IMG/VR virus record: IMGVR_UViG_3300030376_000208
Span: 1 to 31,829 of that record
Source of the DNA: a virus
Lineage: Duplodnaviria; Caudoviricetes
Length of the DNA stretch: 31,829 nucleotides
Strand: one strand, 5' to 3'
A program made the translations under genes and the position numbers. Positions within the stretch are counted from its first letter, which is position 1. Each line of letters starts with the position of its first letter. The notes under the pieces were generated by a model. It ran no database searches. It saw only the letters and a program-made list of their open reading frames with translations, and was not told the origin of the DNA. Below, one piece after another: positions 1 through 6,092 of this stretch.

Positions 1-530
1 AGCCATGTGGTTGGGTGTGGCACGTACTGTTTTTCTTTGTGCTCAACAGTCTCAGCAAACTTAGCTGCTGCCGTGAGTATAGTTACTGCATCTGTTTTTT
101 TCAGTGCTCTTTCAAATGCAAGTCGAGCGTGACCTTTGGCTATCTTTCTTGGATAGGTGTTCCAGAAGTCATTGAAGGTAGGTGTCTCACTGACACCCCA
201 AGTAGTATTATTATTTAGTTTAGTAACATTATTATCATCTTGGTGTGTCACGCTGACACCCTCCTCTTTTAAACAATTGAATTGATAGATAGTTGCAGTG
301 CCTGTTTTACCTGCAACTTTAGTTAGATAGTTGTGTTCGACACAATAGTTTACTGCTCGAATAACTGAGCTTCTACTTAATCCTGATAGCTTGCACAGTC
401 TCGGTATCGTTGGATATGCTATGCCATAAAGATCCGTATGGTCTGCTATGAGCATCATAATTAGTTTTGCGTGTGCATTTTCAACTTGCCACTGTACTAC
501 TTCTCGTAGTAATATCTCAGCGTACAACAT
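1..530 (-). CDS. Phage replication initiator protein (N-terminal winged HTH, lambda O/DnaD-like organisation), truncated by the window edge
   Basis: Not in the ORF track. Manual translation from ATG 530 is open to the edge: MLYAEILLREVVQWQVENAHAKLIMMLIADHTDLYGIAYPTIPRLCKLSGLSRSSVIRAVNYCVEHNYL...FNDFWNTYPRKIAKGHARLAFERALKK...YVPHPTTWL. The AYPTIPRL..SGLSRSSVIRA HTH and the FW..YPRK / Y.PHP.TWL motifs are typical of phage replisome organisers. Confidence 0.85.
   Translation of the reverse strand, partial: MLYAEILLREVVQWQVENAHAKLIMMLIADHTDLYGIAYPTIPRLCKLSGLSRSSVIRAVNYCVEHNYLTKVAGKTGTATIYQFNCLKEEGVSVTHQDDNNVTKLNNNTTWGVSETPTFNDFWNTYPRKIAKGHARLAFERALKKTDAVTILTAAAKFAETVEHKEKQYVPHPTTW
181..260. other. 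Putative replication origin: two palindromic iterons flanking an AT-rich tract
   Basis: GTGTC-N5-GACAC at 182-196 and 245-259, separated by AT-rich agtagtattattatttagtttagtaacattattatcat, inside the linker region of the initiator gene. Confidence 0.6.
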
Positions 531-564
531 GTTTATGCTTTGACATGTTTGACTCCTTATATAG

Positions 565-600
565 AACCCTGTCTCTCTCCTATGTGGCAGGGTTTTATTT
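565..600 (+). terminator. Hairpin with T-tract, oriented antisense to the early operon
   Basis: AACCCTGTC(565-573)/GGCAGGGTT(586-594) with one G-U pair on the + strand, followed by TTATTT. Confidence 0.45.
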
Positions 601-918
601 AATCCTTTTTACTATTTCTTTAAAAAGATCCTCCGATAATATCACACAAACTTTTTCTTTTCCATCTTTTCTTTTATAAAATGCTAGATCTCTATCTTCT
701 AAGACCTTGAAAGCATTGGGAAAACTAGATGTTGTGCGATACTTTACTTCAGCTACTAGATTTCGTCCCACCAGTGACGGTAAGTGGATGTCGCCTGAGT
801 ATTCTCCTCCGAGCGATCCTGAGAGTGGAACTTTTTTTGCTTCGATGTTTTGTTCTTTGAGCCACTTGACGAACCATCGTTCGTGATAGCTACCTTTCTG
901 CTTATTCTTGTTTCCCAT
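595..918 (-). CDS. Holliday junction resolvase, archaeal Hjc-like PD-(D/E)XK nuclease
   Basis: KGSYHER, VPLSG, GDI and AEVKYR motifs in a 107-aa protein. Confidence 0.8.
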   Translation of the reverse strand: MGNKNKQKGSYHERWFVKWLKEQNIEAKKVPLSGSLGGEYSGDIHLPSLVGRNLVAEVKYRTTSSFPNAFKVLEDRDLAFYKRKDGKEKVCVILSEDLFKEIVKRIK

Positions 919-1082
919 ATGTCTTTCTCATAACAATCTAAGCAAACCATATGATAGCTTGCAGGTTTCTCAGCATGTAATATTGCAACAAAATATTCTG
1001 TGACAATACCACAGCTATCACACTCGCATGTGCCTGACTTAATCTTTGTACGAACAGACTTTGATCTTCGCGCCAAGTGCAT
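756..1082 (-). CDS. Small zinc-finger protein (CDSC...CLDC)
   Basis: Two CxxC pairs. Its 3' end overlaps the resolvase by 163 nt. Exact start uncertain. Confidence 0.55.
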   Translation of the reverse strand: MHLARRSKSVRTKIKSGTCECDSCGIVTEYFVAILHAEKPASYHMVCLDCYEKDIWETRISRKVAITNDGSSSGSKNKTSKQKKFHSQDRSEENTQATSTYRHWWDEI

Positions 1083-1287
1083 CTAACCAACACGTTAACA
1101 TGAAACCAGACGGCACACGTTTGTATTGCTCCCATTTGTGGATTAAAGATAAGGTGCAGCCAATCTCCATTGCAAGTCTTTCTTGTGATAGGCCAAGATG
1201 TTTACGTCTGGCTATCAAAGCATCAACAAGATTTGTGTAACTCTCAGTTACTTCTGTTGCTTTTGTGTAGTTTTGAAACTGCGCCAT
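1039..1287 (-). CDS. XRE-family helix-turn-helix regulator
   Basis: RRKHLGLSQERLAMEIGCTLSLIHKWEQYKRVPS fits the XRE HTH pattern. Confidence 0.85.
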   Translation of the reverse strand: MAQFQNYTKATEVTESYTNLVDALIARRKHLGLSQERLAMEIGCTLSLIHKWEQYKRVPSGFMLTCWLDALGAKIKVCSYKD

Positions 1288-1507
1288 TGATTTTCTTTGG
1301 TGTAATCAAACCTGTAGGCCACCGTTTAGATAATCTATCTAATGTTTGATAAACTTTCTTTGCAGTTTCATAGCTTATTTCACTACGCCCATTGACTGTT
1401 CGATAATAAGTAGACGTAGGTATCTTTGCTACAATAAAAACTTTATGCAACGGCATGTCTACATAACGATGTTTTTCTAGGATCTGATCCCAATAACTCT
1501 TTAACAT
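1244..1507 (-). CDS. Cro/XRE-like HTH protein, probably leaderless
   Basis: AKIPTSTYYRTVNGRSEISYETAKKV. Start reassigned to ATG 1507, which lies 7 nt after a candidate -10 element. Confidence 0.65.
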   Translation of the reverse strand: MLKSYWDQILEKHRYVDMPLHKVFIVAKIPTSTYYRTVNGRSEISYETAKKVYQTLDRLSKRWPTGLITPKKINGAVSKLHKSNRSN

Positions 1508-1543
1508 GCCGAAGCATATGCACATATGCAGTTAGATAGTCAA
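1508..1543 (-). promoter_or_regulatory. Sigma70-like promoter with an overlapping palindromic operator
   Basis: TTGACT(1543-1538)-N17-CATATG(1520-1515). Perfect inverted repeat GCATATG-CA-CATATGC at 1514-1529. Confidence 0.5.
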
Positions 1544-1762
1544 GTCAAACTCGTCAGTTTCTCTTGCATCTAACCAATACATTGCATATCGTTTGCCCTG
1601 TTTGTTTGTAACCATACGTGCATGAATTGACATACCAGTATCTCTTAGATCTTTGATACGTGCGGCTAATCTAAAACAACCAAAGTTTGCAAGTGCTGAT
1701 ATTGCAGTTATTGTATTGCCTTTCTCAAGATGTGCTTTGATTTGTTTGTTCTGTGACTCCAT
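1532..1762 (-). CDS. Winged-helix DNA-binding protein (HTH_39-like)
   Basis: ITAISALANFGCFRLAARIKDLRDTG and RYAMYWL match this phage wHTH family. GAGGAG RBS upstream. Confidence 0.75.
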   Translation of the reverse strand: MESQNKQIKAHLEKGNTITAISALANFGCFRLAARIKDLRDTGMSIHARMVTNKQGKRYAMYWLDARETDEFDLTI

Positions 1763-1835
1763 TGTGTTTCTCCTCTAAGTATTTCCAGAACGATGCTTTG
1801 AATGCTTGGTTAAGAATTGTATCTATGTCTCGCAT
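1725..1835 (-). CDS. Hypothetical 36-aa protein
   Basis: MRDIDTILNQAFKASFWKYLEEKHNGVTEQTNQSTS fills the gap between neighbours. Below the ORF-track cutoff. Confidence 0.4.
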   Translation of the reverse strand: MRDIDTILNQAFKASFWKYLEEKHNGVTEQTNQSTS

Positions 1836-1993
1836 GGTATTTTACCATCGCCATTGCACTCATCACATGTAACTATAGTTGAACTCTCATATCCAATGTC
1901 ACGGTCAAAGCCTTGTGGATGCCAAGTTACTTTTTCTAAGTCACCATCGCCATTACACTTAGTACATTTTACATATTCCATATCGATTAGCAT
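1823..1993 (-). CDS. DnaJ-type zinc-finger microprotein
   Basis: Two CxxCxGxG motifs (CTKCNGDG, CDECNGDG). Start reassigned to ATG 1993. Confidence 0.7.
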   Translation of the reverse strand: MLIDMEYVKCTKCNGDGDLEKVTWHPQGFDRDIGYESSTIVTCDECNGDGKIPCET

Positions 1994-1998
1994 TTGCT

Positions 1999-2220
1999 TT
2001 ACTCTACCCAATCGTCTATCTCCTCTTGCTTTGATTGATAGTTTTTTTCCCAAGCCTCATTAGCTTCATTCATAAACTGAACTATGTTTATATCGTCACA
2101 CTCTTGCATTAGAAGTGTGCCGATTTCTTTGATGCCTGTAGGCCAGTGAACATGAGGGCATATCTTCTCAGCTATGAACCTCAGTTGATGGGGCTTGAAT
2201 TGTATCTTGTCTTGAGACAT
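1999..2220 (-). CDS. Hypothetical protein
   Basis: 73-aa ORF with a GGAGGAG RBS, co-oriented in the early operon. Confidence 0.7.
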   Translation of the reverse strand: MSQDKIQFKPHQLRFIAEKICPHVHWPTGIKEIGTLLMQECDDINIVQFMNEANEAWEKNYQSKQEEIDDWVE

Positions 2221-2356
2221 TTGTTAACTCCTCCATAGAAATAAAAAATTTTACATGCACAAAACCACCTTGCATTGATGATATTGCGTAATCATGTGGA
2301 CATGTTTTGAGCCACTGTAATAGTGACTCAATGTTTTGAACTTGAACTGTAATCAT
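2168..2356 (-). CDS. Hypothetical protein
   Basis: ATG 2356 overlaps the DUF932 stop codon (ATGA coupling). Confidence 0.5.
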   Translation of the reverse strand: MITVQVQNIESLLQWLKTCPHDYAISSMQGGFVHVKFFISMEELTNVSRQDTIQAPSTEVHS

Positions 2357-3195
2357 AGTGCATACCATCTGTCTGAGTTCATTGCTTTAGCAATCTCATT
2401 CTCACGCAACCGACGAGCATTCTCTGGACTACCCAAGTGATCTGTATGTGTAGCCCACTCAGTCAATGTATTGTACAATGCCCATACATTGTTACCAATG
2501 TTGGCTCGATTGTTATCCCACATGCGTAATAGTTCTTCGCGTCTACGCATATTGAAATGTGGCTGTCCTAATTTACCACGTTGTTTTACTTTACAAAGCA
2601 TATCATTGATAAACATTTCTGCTGTTTCGTAACTAATTTTGGTATCAACATACTGTTTGAATAACACATCGTTTAGTTTGAATGCTTCGAAACCTGTTAA
2701 GATTTTAGCTGATGATGATACAACAGACACGTTAGTCGTATGTTTTGCCCAAGTCTTAGCTACAGTATTGGGTGTCGTGCAACCATTCAAACACCACAGT
2801 CTGAATGCTTCAGCCGATTGTTGGAATGCCCAACTAGCATCGTATGAATTGTAGAACTGAATACGAAACGTACATATGTCATCTACTACTGGTTCGATTT
2901 TCCAATCAGGAAAGTTAATCTCACCTCGTAGCTTACGACCACCATCAATGATGTGTATCTTTTCTTCGTATGCAGTACCAAGAGTATTAGCTACATCATC
3001 AATAGAATCCATGATACTATTGACTACATCACTGTGCGTAATGATCTTGTACTTGTCACCAAGTCCACGACTCATGTGTTCGCCAGTGTCAGTGCGAACA
3101 ACCACACGATTACCTTCGATCTTATTACCATGACGGTCATAAGTTTCTTGTAGTTCTACTGGGAAATCCCAAGTAGGATTAGTAAAGTCCAACAT
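2353..3195 (-). CDS. DUF932-family protein (phage/plasmid early gene)
   Basis: VVRTDTG..LG.KYKII, FYNSYDAS, RLWCLNG, KHT and WALYNTLTEWATH motifs. AAGGAG RBS. Confidence 0.85.
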   Translation of the reverse strand: MLDFTNPTWDFPVELQETYDRHGNKIEGNRVVVRTDTGEHMSRGLGDKYKIITHSDVVNSIMDSIDDVANTLGTAYEEKIHIIDGGRKLRGEINFPDWKIEPVVDDICTFRIQFYNSYDASWAFQQSAEAFRLWCLNGCTTPNTVAKTWAKHTTNVSVVSSSAKILTGFEAFKLNDVLFKQYVDTKISYETAEMFINDMLCKVKQRGKLGQPHFNMRRREELLRMWDNNRANIGNNVWALYNTLTEWATHTDHLGSPENARRLRENEIAKAMNSDRWYAL

Positions 3196-3205
3196 GTCTA
3201 ACTCC

Positions 3206-3295
3206 TTATGTTAATGCTGATATAAAAATAAATAGTAAACCAAATATGATAACAGCTTTTAATAGCTCTACCATAATATCAAATGCTTTTTTCAT
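3206..3295 (-). CDS. 29-aa single-pass membrane peptide
   Basis: MKKAFDIMVELLKAVIIFGLLFIFISALT with an AGGAGAG RBS. Not in the ORF track. Confidence 0.6.
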   Translation of the reverse strand: MKKAFDIMVELLKAVIIFGLLFIFISALT

Positions 3296-3369
3296 TCGCT
3301 ACTCTCCTATGTTGTAGCTGCGCCAAAGTTTGAATGCTGACGGGAAGTGATACCCCTCCCTGCACCCAC

Positions 3370-3398
3370 AAAAAAAGGGACAGCTTGGTAGCTGCCCC
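3370..3398 (-). terminator. Rho-independent terminator
   Basis: Minus strand reads GGGGCAGCT-ACCA-AGCTGTCCC followed by TTTTTTT, 15 nt after the 133-aa gene. Confidence 0.85.
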
Positions 3399-3412
3399 AA
3401 AGGGGTGGTGGC

Positions 3413-3814
3413 CTAAGCCACCTTTGCTTTGAGAAGAGCTAGTCTTTCTGAGGACATAGCTGGTTTCACTCGTCTTGGGGCAGGTTCCCAAGACTGTCCT
3501 GTTACTTGTTCGTAGACACTCAGGTCAGCTAGGTGACGCTCTTCAAGCAAGTTAAGCTCAACCTCGATGTTGTCTATCAGCTTTTGGATCGCATCTGCTT
3601 TGATTGTTTGTCCATTTTCCAGTGCTATCTCGTAGTCCGCTAACTTGTCAGCCAACATCTTCTTCTTGTAGACCAGTGAATTGTTTGAAGTGTAACATTC
3701 GTCTCTGGCAATGCCCGAAATAAATTGCTCGTTCGGTACAACATCCTGAGTAGAGTGAAAATAATCTAGAACTGCAAGTTTTCTTTCAACGAGTGTAAGT
3801 TGCTTCTTAGTCAT
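3413..3814 (-). CDS. Hypothetical 133-aa helical protein (C-terminal YEQVTGQSWEP motif)
   Basis: Start reassigned to ATG 3814 because of the AAGGAGA RBS at 3821-3827. Coiled-coil-like middle region. Confidence 0.8.
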   Translation of the reverse strand: MTKKQLTLVERKLAVLDYFHSTQDVVPNEQFISGIARDECYTSNNSLVYKKKMLADKLADYEIALENGQTIKADAIQKLIDNIEVELNLLEERHLADLSVYEQVTGQSWEPAPRRVKPAMSSERLALLKAKVA

Positions 3815-3836
3815 GTGTATTCTCCTTGTTTCATTT

Positions 3837-4041
3837 GCGAGGACCATCCTCGACACAGACCTTAACAAGACAACATGGAAAACCTGTCCACTGACAGGTT
3901 GTTATTCGCAACTTCTTCCCACACAAGTTGACCTAACCGCAACTAGACACAGCTATCGCAAGAGCACTCTAGCCAGTGCAAGAGGGAAGTTGTTGCGAAT
4001 GACTTTTCCCTGTTGTCAAGGTCTTTGACGAGGATGACCGC
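3837..4041. ncRNA. Large structured non-coding element (RNA or ssDNA fold), strand and function unresolved
   Basis: Six nested complementary segments plus three local hairpins (detailed in findings). Confidence 0.6.
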
Positions 4042-4165
4042 AGCTTGGAACAGGGGGAATACGCTATGATCTGAGACGCGACTGGAGTGAGGAAGGAAGA
4101 AAACTAGGCGGTCTAGATCCTTTGTAGTATGCTCCTCAGGTAGAAAGTTGTAGCGCACGTGCAAT

Positions 4166-4203
4166 TTGTGCGTTGACAGAGCTGTTATACTTCATGCTAT
4201 CAC
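4166..4203 (+). promoter_or_regulatory. Putative late promoter (TTGTGCGTTG motif, copy 1) upstream of terS
   Basis: TTGTGCGTTG at 4166-4175 overlaps TTGACA(4173-4178)-N17-GCTATCAC. Confidence 0.65.
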
Positions 4204-4253
4204 TGGGGGGAGAGAGGGAGAGGGGGGCTTTAGCGTGACTACAGGAGCACAAA

Positions 4254-4631
4254 ATGGTAAACATAGCAAAGCGCGATCTAACTGATAGACAGCGTCGATT
4301 GGTTGAAGCGTTTGTAGCAAATGGCGGCAACCTCACACAAGCTGCACATGAGGCAGGCTACGCTCAAGGCAATAGCGGTAGAGTTTCTGCATACAAGGCG
4401 ATGAAAACTGCACATGTGCGACAGTACTTGATGGAAGCAATGAGTGATGCATTTGGAATGAGTGCAGCTAAAGCACTGGGCAGAGTAGTGCAGTTATCAT
4501 CTGGTGCTAAGTCAGAGTACGTGCAGCTTGAAGCCTCGAAGGATCTGTTAGATCGTGCAGGGTTTAAGCCTATAGACCGCTCGCAGGTGCAGGTAGCTGG
4601 AGACATTAAAGTGTCAATCGACTTGACGTGA
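4254..4631 (+). CDS. terS: Terminase small subunit
   Basis: LTDRQRRLVEAFVANGGNLTQAAHEAGY HTH and a C-terminal ASKDLLDRAG motif. First late gene, with an AGGAG RBS. Confidence 0.85.
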   Translation: MVNIAKRDLTDRQRRLVEAFVANGGNLTQAAHEAGYAQGNSGRVSAYKAMKTAHVRQYLMEAMSDAFGMSAAKALGRVVQLSSGAKSEYVQLEASKDLLDRAGFKPIDRSQVQVAGDIKVSIDLT

Positions 4632-4710
4632 CGGGGGTGGGGTCAAAAACTGCGCGTTACTTAGTGACAGGGGTAACTCACTCACATTTTTTTCTAGAAA
4701 GGTACGCAAC

Positions 4711-4980
4711 ATGAGAAAGATACATATGAGTGCATCTGGTGGCTTGAGTCCAGAGGGTCGCAAATATTTTAAACGCAAAGAGGGTGCTAATTTAAAACCA
4801 CCTGTTCCAAAGGGTAAGAATCCAAGACGAGTTTCTTTTGCTGCTAGGTTTGGTGGGATGAAAGGACCAGAGAGAGATGAAAAGGGAGAGCCTACTAGAT
4901 TAGGGTTAGCATTAAAAAAGTGGGGATTCCGTTCTAAGGAATCGGCTAGAAGATTTGCAGCAAGGAATAAAAAGGCATGA
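4711..4980 (+). CDS. Basic phage protein (DUF6321-like)
   Basis: GGLSPEGRKYFKRKEGANLKPPV...RRVSFAARFGGM...TRLGLALKKW. Very K/R-rich. Confidence 0.7.
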   Translation: MRKIHMSASGGLSPEGRKYFKRKEGANLKPPVPKGKNPRRVSFAARFGGMKGPERDEKGEPTRLGLALKKWGFRSKESARRFAARNKKA

Positions 4981-5150
4981 GTAAAGTTAATCAGGCAGGG
5001 GTTTACACGAAGCCAAAAATGCGTGAGAGTTTATTTAAGTCTATAAAGGCGAGAGCTACTCATGGCACTGCGGCAGGACAATGGTCGGCACGAAAGGCAC
5101 AGTTGCTTGCCAAGACTTATAAGGCTAGAGGTGGAGGTTATAGATCATGA
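4977..5150 (+). CDS. Basic 57-aa protein resembling the N-terminal half of DUF5872
   Basis: MSKVNQAGVYTKPKMRESLFKSIKARATHGTAAGQWSARKAQLLAKTYKARGGGYRS. ATGA overlaps at both ends. Not in the ORF track. Confidence 0.8.
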   Translation: MSKVNQAGVYTKPKMRESLFKSIKARATHGTAAGQWSARKAQLLAKTYKARGGGYRS

Positions 5151-5311
5151 AGACTGTAGGTGAGGCTTTAAGTAAAAGACAAAAGAAAACATTAGAGAAG
5201 CATAGTAAGCATCATACAAAGAAGCATATGTCTCTAATGAAAAGGCTTATGAAGGGTGGGACTACTTTTTCTGCTGCTCATAAGAAAGCGCAACAACAGG
5301 TTGGTTCATAG
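5147..5311 (+). CDS. Basic His/Lys-rich 54-aa protein
   Basis: MKTVGEALSKRQKKTLEKHSKHHTKKHMSLMKRLMKGGTTFSAAHKKAQQQVGS. GGAGG RBS, coupled to both neighbours. Not in the ORF track. Confidence 0.75.
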   Translation: MKTVGEALSKRQKKTLEKHSKHHTKKHMSLMKRLMKGGTTFSAAHKKAQQQVGS

Positions 5312-5550
5312 TGAAAGCAACACAACGATCATTACTAAACTGGGGCAAACAGAAGTGGAGAACTAAGTCTGGTAAGAAGTCTAGCGAAACTGGTGAACGC
5401 TACCTTCCTTCTAAGGCTATCGCTGCTCTTAGTGATGCTGAGTATCGCGCTACAACCAGAGCCAAACGAGAGGGTAAGGCAAAGGGTAAACAGTTTGTGG
5501 CTCAACCGAAAAAGATTGCTAACAAGGTAAGGAGATATAGAAATGCCTAA
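5311..5550 (+). CDS. Basic protein resembling the C-terminal half of DUF5872
   Basis: QRSLLNWGKQKWRTKSGK...ERYLP...KREGKAKGKQFVAQP. Confidence 0.75.
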   Translation: MKATQRSLLNWGKQKWRTKSGKKSSETGERYLPSKAIAALSDAEYRATTRAKREGKAKGKQFVAQPKKIANKVRRYRNA

Positions 5551-5671
5551 TGTTCAAGGAAAGAAGTTCCCATATACCAAGAAGGGGATTAATGCAGCTA
5601 AGAAAGCTTCGGATGAAAAGAAGAAGCCTATGAAGAAGAAAAAGAAAACACTTATGTCAGGTAGTTATTAA
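5543..5671 (+). CDS. Lysine-rich 42-aa protein
   Basis: MPNVQGKKFPYTKKGINAAKKASDEKKKPMKKKKKTLMSGSY. AAGGAG RBS. Not in the ORF track. Confidence 0.75.
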   Translation: MPNVQGKKFPYTKKGINAAKKASDEKKKPMKKKKKTLMSGSY

Positions 5672-5901
5672 TGGCTTGGTATTTGACTAATGGTGAATTG
5701 TATACAGGCGAAACTCACGTTCTAGCAGGAACAACTTATAGTGGTAAGACCAGAACCCCTGAGTCTCGCAGGTTGGTGGAAGGGCCAGAGCCAAAGAGAG
5801 CCAGAAGCTCCAATGGCAGACTCAAGGGTGATGACCCTTCTACACCAGATATAAATGAAGCATATGAAAAACCTAAAAGGGTAGAGCTAGAGGACGAATG
5901 A
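5671..5901 (+). CDS. Hypothetical phage protein
   Basis: TAATG coupling to the upstream gene. RAR...G..KGDDPSTPDINEAY motif. Confidence 0.7.
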   Translation: MAWYLTNGELYTGETHVLAGTTYSGKTRTPESRRLVEGPEPKRARSSNGRLKGDDPSTPDINEAYEKPKRVELEDE

Positions 5902-6092
5902 CCTTTAGCCATTCTATTTCTAAGCATGACCGCGAGTTACTACGCAGGATTGTAAAGAAAGTACACCTTCAGCATCACCCAAAAGACTTTCAGACTAACA
6001 TGGAAGCTGACAAAGTTATTGATGTTATTGCACCTGATGTGGTCGAACGTATGCTAAAGTTTGCAGTGGATCACAAAATTGACAGACTTTAA
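5898..6092 (+). CDS. Hypothetical protein immediately upstream of terL
   Basis: ATGA overlap and GAGG RBS. Confidence 0.7.
   Translation: MTFSHSISKHDRELLRRIVKKVHLQHHPKDFQTNMEADKVIDVIAPDVVERMLKFAVDHKIDRL

Noticed and set aside
15-218. + strand ORF 15..218 (and 467..679)
   Set aside because: Antisense to the initiator and resolvase genes, which carry clear family motifs.
3837-4041. Retron msr-msd or tRNA/tmRNA interpretation of the structured element
   Set aside because: No reverse transcriptase in the window and no cloverleaf, T-loop or tag-peptide features seen.
3813-4164. ORFs 3813..4028 (+) and 3943..4164 (-), and the 3868 start for the upstream gene
   Set aside because: No RBS, no recognisable protein features, and they overlay the structured element. 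ATG 3814 has the clear RBS.
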